Positions 38,991 through 49,948 of a stretch of DNA of 64,000 nucleotides are shown here, piece by piece. Numbering within the stretch: the stretch's first letter is position 1; each line of letters starts with the position of its first letter. Under the pieces are notes generated by a model. It ran no database searches, had not been told where the DNA came from, and saw nothing but the letters and a program-made list of their open reading frames with translations. The stretch is from Candidatus Cloacimonadales bacterium. Lineage in GTDB: Bacteria; Cloacimonadota; Cloacimonadia; Cloacimonadales; JAIOQZ01. The position numbers and the translations under genes were made by a program. The stretch is taken from positions 2,752,001 to 2,816,000 of the forward strand of contig OY771587.1 of NCBI GenBank assembly GCA_963674825.1, given 5' to 3'.

Positions 38991-40783
38991 AGGGACATGC
39001 CTGCCTGCTGATTTTTGGCCTCATCATCCTTGCGATGATGTCCGGCTGCGAAACCGTAGATAAAAATGACCTGGACTCACCTTACGATCTGACCATCGAA
39101 AGGGTTTCCGACGGACAGATACGTCTGGAATGGAATTATAATTCGACCTACGATGACCTGCTGTTTATCATTGGCCGCAAGGAAGGTGAATCCGAGTGGA
39201 ACGAAGTCTATGACATCACTCAGGATAACAGTGAAGAGTACATCGACGAGATCGATACCGGCTCCAACGTTGTTTACAGCTACAAAGTCAGAGCATATTA
39301 CACGGAGGACAGTAGTTACTCCGAGTTCTCACAGCAGGTCGGCTGGTTTTCTTCCGCCACAAACCCTACTAATCTGAGTATCACACAGGAAACGGAAGCA
39401 TCATTGCTGCTGACTTGGGAAGATAACGCCATCGGCGAGATCGGCTATAAGATCGACAAACGCATCGAAGGGAGCTGGAATAACGCTTACGCGATGCTTG
39501 CACCCAACACAACTACTTTTACCGATTCGGTTGAGCTCGCCTCGGAAGTCGCATATCGCATTTATGCCTATTCCGGTTCTTCGAGAACAGCCTATCTGGA
39601 AGACAGCGTACTGCCTTCCTTCCCCGCGCCGACCAACCTCGAAGCGACACAGTACTCGCAGGAACAGATCGGACTTATCTGGAATGTCAACAGCGAACAA
39701 CAAAGCGGATTTCTGGTGGAACGAAAGCTTGGAACCGGCGACTACGAACAGATCGGCACTACCGTCGATTCAACGTGGGTTGATTTTGTGGGCGTGCCGG
39801 CGGCAAGCCTCGAATATCGTGTCAGAGCGTACGCCGATTCCACGGATAGCGAAGGACAGCTTTACTCTGCCTATTCCGATGCAGTGACAATCCTTTTCAA
39901 TATCAGCCAGGAAGGTTCGCTCCTCACGGCTACCGGCGGAAGAGACATCTGTGTTTATAATGGATACGCGTTCATCGCCTGTGAATACAATGGAATCCAG
40001 GTCGTGAACGTTCAAAACGAATCGCACCCGGTTCTGGAAGGAACCATCTCACTCTCCGGACGCTGCATGAGCGTCTATGCCCGTGACGATATGCTGTATA
40101 CCACCAACTACAACGGCGGTCTGCATGTCTATGACATCAGCGATATCACCAGCCCGATCCACGTCTCTTACTGCGAGACGATTGATATCCCCTACGATGT
40201 CGAGGTCACCGAGATCGATGACGAGCCTTACGCGTTTATAGCAGATGGTCAGGCCAACCTGGTGGTTATCGCACTTTCGGATGATAACCCAGCGAATCCG
40301 ATGATCATCCAGCAACTCAACACACAGGGCATCAGCTATGGTATAAAGATCGATCAGGAAAATCTCTACCTCGCGGACGGCGCGGAAGGCGTGAAGAAGA
40401 TCGATATCAGCGATCCCGCCAATCCGCAAATTACCGACATCATAACGGGTATTGGTGAAGCACGATCGATCGTCTTCTTTGCTGACAGACTTCTGGTTGC
40501 TTCCGGGCAGAACGGTCTGACGGAACTCAGCCGCGCTAGCCTTTCGCTGGTTGATCGAATCGATACGATCGGCTTTGCGATGTCATGCGCCTATAGTGCC
40601 GGTTACGCATATGTCGCTGACGGTACTAACGGCATGGTTATCCTCGATGTTACCGAACCATCCGGCACCTACGTGGTGGCGACCATCGACACCGATACCA
40701 TCGCCAAATCAGTTTTTATCGCGAACAACTTCGCATATCTTACATGTAACGAAAGCCTCGAGATTATTCAGGTTCGACCATGA
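38987..40783 (+). CDS. Lipoprotein with FN3-like repeats and LVIVD-type beta-propeller
   Basis: Lipobox MMSGC; three PxNL..L.W...Y..ER..Y.VRAY repeats; YAFIA..G.QVV.V..P repeats; ATGA overlap with upstream gene. Confidence 0.85.
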   Translation: MKGHACLLIFGLIILAMMSGCETVDKNDLDSPYDLTIERVSDGQIRLEWNYNSTYDDLLFIIGRKEGESEWNEVYDITQDNSEEYIDEIDTGSNVVYSYKVRAYYTEDSSYSEFSQQVGWFSSATNPTNLSITQETEASLLLTWEDNAIGEIGYKIDKRIEGSWNNAYAMLAPNTTTFTDSVELASEVAYRIYAYSGSSRTAYLEDSVLPSFPAPTNLEATQYSQEQIGLIWNVNSEQQSGFLVERKLGTGDYEQIGTTVDSTWVDFVGVPAASLEYRVRAYADSTDSEGQLYSAYSDAVTILFNISQEGSLLTATGGRDICVYNGYAFIACEYNGIQVVNVQNESHPVLEGTISLSGRCMSVYARDDMLYTTNYNGGLHVYDISDITSPIHVSYCETIDIPYDVEVTEIDDEPYAFIADGQANLVVIALSDDNPANPMIIQQLNTQGISYGIKIDQENLYLADGAEGVKKIDISDPANPQITDIITGIGEARSIVFFADRLLVASGQNGLTELSRASLSLVDRIDTIGFAMSCAYSAGYAYVADGTNGMVILDVTEPSGTYVVATIDTDTIAKSVFIANNFAYLTCNESLEIIQVRP

Positions 40784-43700
40784 TAAACGGGAGTAATGCC
40801 ATGAAGCGAATCCTACTTGTTCTCATCCTCACTATTGCGGGAATGACAGTTTTGCATGCGCAGAACGTAGCGCCTGTCGTCGCCAATCCGGTTGATGACT
40901 TCAGCTTTCCTGAGGACAATACCGATTACAGCATCAACCTCAACGAGGTGTTTTACGACGCCAACAACGATCCGCTGGATTTCTCCTATGAAGGGGGCGA
41001 CCAGATCACCGTGGTGATTACAAACGGACTCGTTGGGCTTACACCAGAGCAGAATTGGAATGGCTCAGAGACCATCACTTTCACTGCGACCGACGTATAT
41101 GGCGAGAACGCGAGTGAGGCGGTGACGGTAACAGTTACTCCCGTAAACGACGCACCCTACGTAGAAAACCCGGTGGATTTCCACTCGGTTGCCTATAACT
41201 CGGTCGATTCCAGCCTGAATCTGAACTTTGTATTTGACGACTACGATATCGTTTACGGCGACTTCCTGGTCTATGATTATTATGGTGACAACCAGATAGA
41301 TGTCAGCATCAACAATGGCGTCGTGACATTGATCCCAGCTCCATACTGGTCTGGAACCGAAACCATTACCTTCACGGCGGAGGATACCGGCGGTTTGATC
41401 GTCGAGCACGAAATCCTCATGACGGTTCCGTCTCCGGCGATTGCAAACGTTTCGGTCACGCCGAACCCCTTCTCGCCGGACTTCGACGGTCAGAAAGACG
41501 AAACGACCATTAACTACTACGTTAGCGGTAACGGCATCACCACGATTTACATTTTCGACGAATTTAATGTGGTGGTCTATGAGGTCGATGTCCAGGCAGC
41601 TGCCGGTTGGAATGAACACGACTGGGATGGTAGCTCGAACACGGGCGCTTATCCGGGTATCGTTCCGGATGGAAGCTATGGCCTGGGAATCATCCTCGGT
41701 ACAGCCGAATACATATGCGATTTTAACATTAAAGTCGATACAGCCCCGCCGATCATCGATATTCTTGCCAGCTATCCGAATCCGTTCTCTCCGAACGACG
41801 ACGGTTTTAACGACTTCCATCAGGTGCGCTTCCAGGTGGACGATGTGATCGTCAGCTATATCGGCTTGATCCGCGTCAACCTCTGGCGCGAAGAAAACGA
41901 CCCCGCCATGAACTACGTTTCAACTAACTTCGTGGAAGAGGCCGACGGGCTCACGATTACCGAACCGGACTTGAGTGTATTCGACGAACTCACCGATGGC
42001 GGTTACTGCTTCGTGGTGCGCGTTGGAGGAAACGAGCCGAATCACACGGTAACACTCTCACCCGGTGCGCAATACGACTTGATTATCGGCGGAAACGGCA
42101 GCAGCGAGCACAACCGGGTCGAGATCGAGACCGGTACCAGCATGTTCAAGATCGGGAACGTTAACTACCCGTATCTTACGGTTAGCGGCGTTGGGTCGGA
42201 CGACCATGAATCGCAGAACGAAGATAACTACACCGGTTACGACTACTTGCGTCTGTTCATCGTGGAAGGTAACTGCACGTTCAACATCTTCAACGATGGC
42301 GGCAGCCCTTACAGTTTGAATGACTTATACGATATTTACTACGGCGATTTCCAGAATGTCGAGCATCCGCTCTATCCCGGTACGCTGCTTTCTCCCAACT
42401 TCAAATATAATGTCACGGTCCCGGGTAACATCGAGATCGACGACGAGATAATGCCAGATGGACGTTATATTTATCGTATTATCGTGACTGATCAGGCGAT
42501 GCACGCTCAGGAGGAATCCGGTGAATTGCTGGTGAATAACTATCCAATCGAGGTGACATCGTCAGTCAATCCCGGGACAATCTCACCGCAGAATCTGGAC
42601 GGCTATTTCGACCAGGCGGTGATCCAGTATCAAGTCTCCGAGCGCGGTTACGTGACGGTGAAAGTCTGGGATGTTTTTGCCGATACAGTTGTGGCGACAC
42701 TCGTGGATGCGGTTGATACACCGACATCTAATTATACACTTTGGAACGGCCTCAACTATATGGGCGATCCGGTAGCGGTTGGCGACCAGCTCGAATACGA
42801 GGTGGAAGTCACTGCTCAGGACGTTTCCATCAGCGAGGATGTGGTCAGCTTGCACCTGCCGATTGTGGTTGATAATGTCGGCCCCGAGCCAGCGGATATT
42901 TTCCTGCTGGGTGGCGAAACGTATGTCAATACGCCCGATATCACCATGGCAGGAATCAGCAACGATGTCACATCCGAAGTGCTGCTCTACCTGAACGACG
43001 TCTATCAGGGCGTTGTGCAGACCACACCGGATTACCCCGGTTACTTCGAATTCCCGGTTACGCTCGAAGAGGGTGCAAATGAGATTTACGTGCGCTTGCG
43101 AGATGTGGCCTACAACCTCGGCAGTGCATCCAACGCGGTGACAGTCTATCTAGATTCGTCAGCGCCTTTCATTGATCCACTCTTCCCACCGCCGGACACG
43201 CTTTTCCGTCAGGATTCCATCCGCGTGAAAGCATATGTGAACGATAATACCGGTATCGGCGTTGATCAGAACACGGTCAAATTCGGATTCTCACTCTATG
43301 GCAATGCGGTAAGCTGGCATTTGGCTACACGTCAGAATCCGACATCCAGCACCTATTACTACGATTACCTTGTCGATGATGATATCGAACAGCTCGAGAT
43401 CGAAATGTGGGTAAAGGCTGCCGACTTACTCGGTAACACGGCCGTAACCGGTGACTCGGTTTATTTTGAATACCGTGCCATCATTCCACCTGAGATTATG
43501 AGCTATAATCCATCGGATGGCGCTGTTGTGAACGCATTGACCGATAACCATATAGCATGCGTTGTGCACGACTACGAAGGTGCAGGCATGAATTTCAATG
43601 GCAGCCAGATTCTGGTGATAGACGATAATGGTGCTTATGTAGCCGGAACGAGGGTTTTCGTTGCTCTTGGCGACGACGATTACCAGTTCAACTTCACTCC

Positions 43701-46700
43701 GAACAGCGCGCTTGCCAATGGGCCATACGAGGTTCGATGGGCGGTGCAGGACAACTATCAGGGCGAAAGCGGTGGCTCGGTAACACGGGATACTACGAAT
43801 TTTATATTCGACAGCAGCATCCCGATCGCATCCGGCGCGAAGGTGTGCAACGATGAGTTCGAGACCCCGGTCTTCGATAACATGATTATCAACCACACCA
43901 TCCAGTGGGTGCAGATCGACATGACCGACGCGATATCTTCGATTGATACTTCAACTTCCTATGTACACCTGCACGACGGAGCCGGTAACCAGATTGATGG
44001 GACCTTGCACTTCGAAGAAGAAACTGTAATCTGGACGCTTACCCACGAGATCGAGGTTAACGAAGAGAACTCTGGCGGCTACTCGGTGCGCTACCGTGCA
44101 CGGGATATAGCCGGAAATGCGCTGAATGGTCGTATCGATTTCATGTTAACCGCTTCCAACGCACCGCAGGTCAGTCAGCGAATTCCCACGCCAGATTCGA
44201 TCGTGAATGAGCTTACGGATGACACGATTTCCATCCTGTTCACCGAAGCGATCGGTGTAAACGACGACCCGAACGATACTTACATCATCCTTCATCCGCC
44301 AACTGGTAGTGCAATCGAGGATGGTAATGGTGCGACTTTGAGTCTGGACGATACGCAAGCTCCGCTTTACACGCTGAACCTGACGTTGGATGATTCGATC
44401 TCGCAGATTGGTGATTATGAAGTAGAATATAGACTGGAGAACACCGACGGCGTTGCTTTCGGCGAGACCTACACATTCTCGTTCGACAATATCCTGCCGA
44501 CCGTAGACAACATTGGCCTCTATATGGAAGACAATACCTACGAATATATTGAAGGTGACGAGGAGATCAATCAGCCAATCGTGTTCTGCGAGGCAAATGT
44601 CTCGGATAACTACGCGGTCGCGATCGATTCCTGTTTCATCCGCGTCTATGATGACGAAGGCGACCTGGTGCCGGGTGTTGGTACGCAACCAACGAGCAAC
44701 ACCATACGCTATACTTTCAACACGCTGCTCAAGGCGATCAACAAAGATTTTACCGTGGTTACCACCGTGAAAGACATGGCTGGAAACACCTATACCAGCA
44801 ACATCACGTTCTTGCTCAATACTGTGCAAGCGGATTTCTATCCGAAGGATCTCTCCTATCAGAACGGTTCGATCGATCATGTGTCCGTCGAAGTATATGA
44901 GCTGATGGAAGAGGATATCGATACCAACCACAGCTTCATCGAAGTGCTGCACCCGGACGGAAACATCATCGGTGATCCGACCACTCCGAGCGAAGGCTCG
45001 GGTGCGACACTCGGTTTTGCTTACACCGATACAACGACGGTTATCAACCTGCAATTCCAGGAAGAGCTTTCTGCAACCGGCGTTGATGATGGACAATTCG
45101 AAGTGAGAGTGTATCTTGTGCTGGAAGCGGGTGAGGAAATACCCATGGGCTACACCTTCACCTACGACCGTACCAAGCCAGTCTACAGCAATCTTCAGGT
45201 CAATTCCTACCCAGTCACGCTTACCGACCGGACAAAGGAATCGAATCAGCCATCATTTGGCGTGAGCATCAACCGCGAGATGATTGATACTAATCGTAAA
45301 GACCAGCTACGTGGATTCTTGCGTAGCGATTATTACTCGGGCCGTATCGATTCACTGACGGTCAATTTCTTTGACGCCACATCCGGTCTGAATCCGGCTC
45401 CGAACCTTACCTACCTGGTTCTTCAAGATTCGAATGGCGATCTCGTTTCTGGTGTGAAGCGCGTATCTGGAAGCCAGTATCGCTGGATATTGAACGATCC
45501 CATCTTGCCGGGTGAGGATGATTCTGCTTATTACACCATCGCATTGAAAGCGACCGATATGGCTGGTAACTCCAAGATCTATTCCTACTCATTCCTTTTT
45601 GTCTCCGATCCAACTCCAGAGCTGATCGAATGGGAACCATGGGGTATGGATTACACTTACGTCAACACCCATGAGTTCGATCCTCCGCAGTTTGAAGGCG
45701 AGTTCAAGGACTACTTCGGTATCGTCGAGGATTGGGATCTGACTTACATTCGCATGGTATTCCCCAGTGGCGATTCTGTCTATTCACCGCATGGCGGAGA
45801 CCTCTATTACGAACCGACCGATTCGAGCATGGTCGTCCGGCTGGAGCTGGATGGCGATCTGCATACCGATGGGGAAGACGATGGTCTCTATACGATCAGC
45901 ATCCGTGCCGAAAACGAGCTTGGCGCAGTATATCATGAGTATCAGTATATGATGTACGATACCGTAGCACCGGAACCGATCGAGGTTCTCTATCGCGACA
46001 TCAATGGTATCTACCATGAAGTATCGGGTGACAGTACCGAATCGAGTAACGGCGTAGCCGCGATTCAGGTGAAGTACTCCGATCTCACATCTGGCATGTA
46101 CTATACTCCGAACCTGACCAAGGTAACGCTGTTCGATCCGAGCGGCGAGATTGTGGCCGGTTCGCACTCCTACGGGCCATTTGTGGACAGCGATTCACTG
46201 GTCATATGGACCTTGCGAGAACCACTCGCCAACAACGGATCTGATGACGGTGAGTACAGTATCCATCTCGAAGCGACCGACAAGGCCGGAAACTTGATGC
46301 GGCAACAAGTTCCGCTGACAGTCTATTCCCCGGTTCAGCCTACTGAATTCAGCTGGGCACTGGATGCAGTTTATCGCGTGCATCTGAACTGGGAGCACTA
46401 TGTTCCGGGGGCGACCAACCTGCGTTCGAACAAGGGACGGAAGGATCAACCGCTACAACAGACGCGCTCTCTCTCCTACTACTCGGTCAAGCGGCAGCGA
46501 GACAATGGAGACTGGCGTGAAATCGCGCAGACAACCAACGATTATTACACTGACGATCTGCTTGAGCAGCCGGACGGTACCTATATTTACAGCCTGACCG
46601 CGGTTTACACCTCCGGTAGCAGCGATGAGCTTCTGACCGACGATATCGTGATCAAGCGGTTCGCGAATGTCACGTTCACCGTTCTGGAATCAGATGAAAC

Positions 46701-47235
46701 TACTCCGATCGAGGATGTGCGCATCGAGATGATCGGTGACGACGGCCTCTACAACATGGAATTCAACGAGCTTACGGACGACACGGGCGTGGTTTCACTC
46801 TCGGGTGTCTATATGGAACTCTATGCAGTGACCCTCGAGAAAACTGGATACGAACCGGTCAGTCTGTCCATCGATATCGACAGCGATCCAGCCGAATACA
46901 GCCTCACGATGGGACCTGCCTCGTCAATCGCCGACGTGGAGCCCAAGAAGACCGCGATGTATCAGAACTACCCGAATCCGTTCAATCCCGAGACGAAGGT
47001 TAAGTTCGGGCTCAAATACGACGCGAAAGTGGAAATCCAGATATACAACACGCGTGGACAGCTCGTGAAGCAGCTCTGCGATGAGGATATGAAAGCCGGC
47101 TTCCACTCGATTAAATGGGATGGTAGAGACGAATCGGCCAAGCCGGTCTCGTCCGGTATATACTTCTGCAAGTTCAAAGCGGTGTCCGAGCAGGAAACGA
47201 TCAACGACATCCGCAAGATGATCATGTTGAAGTAA
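40780..47235 (+). CDS. Very large acidic secreted/surface protein with Ig-like repeats, internal FlgD-like motifs and C-terminal FlgD/T9SS-type tail
   Basis: Signal peptide (MKRILL..AQ, alternative start 40801); cadherin-like TVTPVNDAP; PNPFSP.DG repeats; repeated A.D.AGN; NYPNPFNPET...RKMIMLK. Confidence 0.85.
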   Translation: MINGSNAMKRILLVLILTIAGMTVLHAQNVAPVVANPVDDFSFPEDNTDYSINLNEVFYDANNDPLDFSYEGGDQITVVITNGLVGLTPEQNWNGSETITFTATDVYGENASEAVTVTVTPVNDAPYVENPVDFHSVAYNSVDSSLNLNFVFDDYDIVYGDFLVYDYYGDNQIDVSINNGVVTLIPAPYWSGTETITFTAEDTGGLIVEHEILMTVPSPAIANVSVTPNPFSPDFDGQKDETTINYYVSGNGITTIYIFDEFNVVVYEVDVQAAAGWNEHDWDGSSNTGAYPGIVPDGSYGLGIILGTAEYICDFNIKVDTAPPIIDILASYPNPFSPNDDGFNDFHQVRFQVDDVIVSYIGLIRVNLWREENDPAMNYVSTNFVEEADGLTITEPDLSVFDELTDGGYCFVVRVGGNEPNHTVTLSPGAQYDLIIGGNGSSEHNRVEIETGTSMFKIGNVNYPYLTVSGVGSDDHESQNEDNYTGYDYLRLFIVEGNCTFNIFNDGGSPYSLNDLYDIYYGDFQNVEHPLYPGTLLSPNFKYNVTVPGNIEIDDEIMPDGRYIYRIIVTDQAMHAQEESGELLVNNYPIEVTSSVNPGTISPQNLDGYFDQAVIQYQVSERGYVTVKVWDVFADTVVATLVDAVDTPTSNYTLWNGLNYMGDPVAVGDQLEYEVEVTAQDVSISEDVVSLHLPIVVDNVGPEPADIFLLGGETYVNTPDITMAGISNDVTSEVLLYLNDVYQGVVQTTPDYPGYFEFPVTLEEGANEIYVRLRDVAYNLGSASNAVTVYLDSSAPFIDPLFPPPDTLFRQDSIRVKAYVNDNTGIGVDQNTVKFGFSLYGNAVSWHLATRQNPTSSTYYYDYLVDDDIEQLEIEMWVKAADLLGNTAVTGDSVYFEYRAIIPPEIMSYNPSDGAVVNALTDNHIACVVHDYEGAGMNFNGSQILVIDDNGAYVAGTRVFVALGDDDYQFNFTPNSALANGPYEVRWAVQDNYQGESGGSVTRDTTNFIFDSSIPIASGAKVCNDEFETPVFDNMIINHTIQWVQIDMTDAISSIDTSTSYVHLHDGAGNQIDGTLHFEEETVIWTLTHEIEVNEENSGGYSVRYRARDIAGNALNGRIDFMLTASNAPQVSQRIPTPDSIVNELTDDTISILFTEAIGVNDDPNDTYIILHPPTGSAIEDGNGATLSLDDTQAPLYTLNLTLDDSISQIGDYEVEYRLENTDGVAFGETYTFSFDNILPTVDNIGLYMEDNTYEYIEGDEEINQPIVFCEANVSDNYAVAIDSCFIRVYDDEGDLVPGVGTQPTSNTIRYTFNTLLKAINKDFTVVTTVKDMAGNTYTSNITFLLNTVQADFYPKDLSYQNGSIDHVSVEVYELMEEDIDTNHSFIEVLHPDGNIIGDPTTPSEGSGATLGFAYTDTTTVINLQFQEELSATGVDDGQFEVRVYLVLEAGEEIPMGYTFTYDRTKPVYSNLQVNSYPVTLTDRTKESNQPSFGVSINREMIDTNRKDQLRGFLRSDYYSGRIDSLTVNFFDATSGLNPAPNLTYLVLQDSNGDLVSGVKRVSGSQYRWILNDPILPGEDDSAYYTIALKATDMAGNSKIYSYSFLFVSDPTPELIEWEPWGMDYTYVNTHEFDPPQFEGEFKDYFGIVEDWDLTYIRMVFPSGDSVYSPHGGDLYYEPTDSSMVVRLELDGDLHTDGEDDGLYTISIRAENELGAVYHEYQYMMYDTVAPEPIEVLYRDINGIYHEVSGDSTESSNGVAAIQVKYSDLTSGMYYTPNLTKVTLFDPSGEIVAGSHSYGPFVDSDSLVIWTLREPLANNGSDDGEYSIHLEATDKAGNLMRQQVPLTVYSPVQPTEFSWALDAVYRVHLNWEHYVPGATNLRSNKGRKDQPLQQTRSLSYYSVKRQRDNGDWREIAQTTNDYYTDDLLEQPDGTYIYSLTAVYTSGSSDELLTDDIVIKRFANVTFTVLESDETTPIEDVRIEMIGDDGLYNMEFNELTDDTGVVSLSGVYMELYAVTLEKTGYEPVSLSIDIDSDPAEYSLTMGPASSIADVEPKKTAMYQNYPNPFNPETKVKFGLKYDAKVEIQIYNTRGQLVKQLCDEDMKAGFHSIKWDGRDESAKPVSSGIYFCKFKAVSEQETINDIRKMIMLK

Positions 47236-47264
47236 AAGCCAGAAGCCAGGAGTCATGAATTTGG

Positions 47265-47290
47265 ATGGGCAATCCTTTGTGATTGCCCAT
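47265..47290 (+). terminator. Hairpin after the large surface-protein gene
   Basis: ATGGGCAATC-ctttgt-GATTGCCCAT 10-bp stem, weak T tail. Confidence 0.5.
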
Positions 47291-47322
47291 TCTCTATGAA
47301 ACAAGAGTATAAAACGAGTAAA

Positions 47323-47910
47323 ATGAGCGCTATGAAAGCAGTATTTCTCGATCGTGATGGAACGATAAATAAAGACGAAGTGGGCTACATCAGCCACCCG
47401 GACGATTTCAACCTGTTTCCTGATGCAGCCAAGGCTATTGCCATGCTGAACAAGGCTGGCTACATGGTGTTCGTAGTTACCAATCAATCCGGCATCGCAC
47501 GCGGATACTACACATTCGACGACCTCGATATTATCCACAACAGAATGCATGAGCTGTTATCGAAAGAGGATGCCCACGTGGACGAAGTATTCATCTCACC
47601 CTATCACCATGAAGGAACTATTGAACCCTGGAATATCCGTCACGAAGACCGTAAGCCGGGCCTGGGGATGTTTCGTAAGGCTCAGGATAAGTACGATGTA
47701 TCAGTGCGAGAATCGTTCATGATTGGCGATAAATATTCCGATGTGGCGTTCGGGAAGAAGGCCGGAATGAAGATGATACTCGTTGAGACTGGGTATGGAC
47801 GGGAGGTGTTTCTGCGTGATCGCGAGAAGTGGGAGTTCAAGCCAGATTATATGGCGAAAGATCTATTGGCTGCTGCTAAGCTGATCTTGTGGATGGAGGA
47901 CAATCAGTAA
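47323..47910 (+). CDS. gmhB: D-glycero-D-manno-heptose 1,7-bisphosphate phosphatase (HAD IIIA)
   Basis: AVFLDRDGTIN, VVTNQSGIARG, RKPGLGM, MIGDKYSD; exact start uncertain (47296/47323/47332). Confidence 0.85.
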   Translation: MSAMKAVFLDRDGTINKDEVGYISHPDDFNLFPDAAKAIAMLNKAGYMVFVVTNQSGIARGYYTFDDLDIIHNRMHELLSKEDAHVDEVFISPYHHEGTIEPWNIRHEDRKPGLGMFRKAQDKYDVSVRESFMIGDKYSDVAFGKKAGMKMILVETGYGREVFLRDREKWEFKPDYMAKDLLAAAKLILWMEDNQ

Positions 47911-48635
47911 AACGATGGATCCTTTGCAATCAGGATTCCGGTCAACTGCCCTGCGGCTGCGATAGCAGCTGTTTCCGCACGAACAATGTGATTCCCCAGC
48001 GTGAACGTCTCGATATTTCTATCCGAAATCCAATTTCGCTCGTCATCCGAAAATCCACCTTCAGTACCGATTACCAGACAAACATCGTGCTCACCATCAA
48101 CCAGCGTGCAACGATTTGACATCGGACGCCACTCGGAGGCAACAAGCGGTATATAGCCTGAATTCTGTAAGTATTGAACAGTCTCTTTGAATTCCATAAT
48201 CGGATGAATTGTGGGCAGATATGCGCCATCACACTGCTTCAACGCTGCGACTGAAACAGCCTCGAATTTTGCCACCGCGTTTCCGCTATCCTTGCGCACA
48301 GTGAAGTCACTCATGAACGGGAAAAATTCCTTGAATCCGAGCTCCGTGAGTTTCTCGACGATCATGTGATCGTGCTTGTTTCGAAGCAATGAGAAGGCGA
48401 TGGCGATTCGCGGAACGCCAGCCTTCTTCTCTTCGATGGACAGGATATCCAATTCTGCATGCTTCTTGCCGATCTTGACGATCACCGCTTGCGCGAGTAG
48501 CCCCGTTCCGTTGGTGAGCAGAATATTTTGGCCTGACTGTTTGCGCATGACGTGCGTCAGGTGATGAAACTCTTCGCCGGCGAGAACCGTGCGAGGGCTG
48601 TTCTGCGTGAAATCGGGACAGTAGAACGCTGGCAT
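47904..48635 (-). CDS. rsmE: 16S rRNA m3U1498 methyltransferase
   Basis: HHLTHVMR, EKLTELG, ALKQC, IGTEGGFS, LGNHIVRAETAAI. Confidence 0.93.
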   Translation of the reverse strand: MPAFYCPDFTQNSPRTVLAGEEFHHLTHVMRKQSGQNILLTNGTGLLAQAVIVKIGKKHAELDILSIEEKKAGVPRIAIAFSLLRNKHDHMIVEKLTELGFKEFFPFMSDFTVRKDSGNAVAKFEAVSVAALKQCDGAYLPTIHPIMEFKETVQYLQNSGYIPLVASEWRPMSNRCTLVDGEHDVCLVIGTEGGFSDDERNWISDRNIETFTLGNHIVRAETAAIAAAGQLTGILIAKDPSFY

Positions 48636-49789
48636 CAGACAAAGAACTCCTTGAGCTTGTTGAGGAACGACTTACCCGGTTGCAGGCGTTTTTCGGAGTC
48701 GTACTTGGCGAGCTCTTCGAGCAAGCGCTTTTCCTCGGCGTTTACCTTGGTAGGCGTGATAACGCGTACGTGTACGTAAAGATCGCCCTTGTAGCCGCTG
48801 TTGACTTCGGGCAGCCCCTGACCTCTAATGCGGAATACCTTGCCCGACTGCGTTCCTGCCGGCACCTTCATCTTGACTTTGCCGGTAAGTGTCGGGATCT
48901 GCAATTCGGTTCCTAATGCAGCTTGCGAAAAGCTGATGGGGAAATCGCACACGAGGTTGTTTCCGTCGCGCTGGAAAATATCGTCCTCTTTTTCCTGGAT
49001 GATCACGATGATATCGCCGCGTGACCCTCCACGTCTTCCTATATTACCTTGACCGCGAAGCCTGATGTACTGACCTTCTGCCACGCCAGCAGGAATGTGG
49101 ACGTTGATAGTCTTGGTGACCGAGGTACGTCCTTCGGCGTTACACTTCGGGCATGGGTTGTCGATGATTTTGCCTTCGCCGCGACAGCTTGGGCAGGATA
49201 CGACTGTTGCCATCTGGCCGAAGAATGAACGACGAAGCTGCCGAACCTGGCCGGTGCCGTGGCACTGCGAGCAGGTCGTGCTCTTTCCGTCGCTGGAGCC
49301 GGTACCGTGGCAAGTCTCGCAGGTCTCCATCACGCTGATCTTGATCTTCTTATCGACACCGTTGGCAATTTCTTTGAGCTTGAGCGAAAGGGTCAATTGC
49401 AGGTCTTCGCCGCGGTTGGGCTGCTGACGTTGTCCGCCGCCACCGAATCCGCCGCCACCTCCGAAGAAACTCTCAAAGATGCTGCTGAAGCCACTGAAGA
49501 TGTCGCTGAATTCGCCCTGATGGGTGAAATCCTGCCATGAGAATCCGCCGCCGCCAAAGGCTCCTTCGAGTCCGGCGTGTCCATACTGGTCGTACTTCTG
49601 GCGTTTATCTGCATCGCTCAGCACTTCGTAAGCTTCCGCCGCTTCCTTGAATTTCTCTTCCGACTCAGGGTTGTCCTTGTTCTTGTCCGGATGGTATTTC
49701 ATCGCCAGTTTGCGGTATGCCTTCTTGATCTCGGCTGGATCTGCGTTTTTCTCTACTCCAAGCACTTCATAATAATCACGTTTTGCCAT
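48635..49789 (-). CDS. dnaJ: Chaperone DnaJ
   Basis: J domain with HPD, G/F region, four CxxCxxxG zinc motifs. Confidence 0.98.
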   Translation of the reverse strand: MAKRDYYEVLGVEKNADPAEIKKAYRKLAMKYHPDKNKDNPESEEKFKEAAEAYEVLSDADKRQKYDQYGHAGLEGAFGGGGFSWQDFTHQGEFSDIFSGFSSIFESFFGGGGGFGGGGQRQQPNRGEDLQLTLSLKLKEIANGVDKKIKISVMETCETCHGTGSSDGKSTTCSQCHGTGQVRQLRRSFFGQMATVVSCPSCRGEGKIIDNPCPKCNAEGRTSVTKTINVHIPAGVAEGQYIRLRGQGNIGRRGGSRGDIIVIIQEKEDDIFQRDGNNLVCDFPISFSQAALGTELQIPTLTGKVKMKVPAGTQSGKVFRIRGQGLPEVNSGYKGDLYVHVRVITPTKVNAEEKRLLEELAKYDSEKRLQPGKSFLNKLKEFFV

Positions 49790-49816
49790 CGATGTACCTC
49801 ATTGTCCCCATCCTGC

Positions 49817-49944
49817 CCCTCTCCCGCGAGCGGGAGAGGGTGGGTGAGGTTATATTCTTTTTGTTACAGCCAACATCCTGGGCTGTTCTCCTCTCAACTG
49901 ATTTCAGGAGAGGGTCGGTTTGACGAAGGAGAACCGGGGTGAGG
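49817..49944. repeat. Two CCTCACCC..CCCTCTC-type REP-like palindromes in the dnaK-dnaJ spacer
   Basis: CCCTCTCCCGC-ga-GCGGGAGAGGGTGGGTGAGG (49817-49849) and CCTCTC..GAGAGGG..GGGGTGAGG (49890-49944); same family as 10408-10445. Confidence 0.65.
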
Positions 49945-49948
49945 CTCT

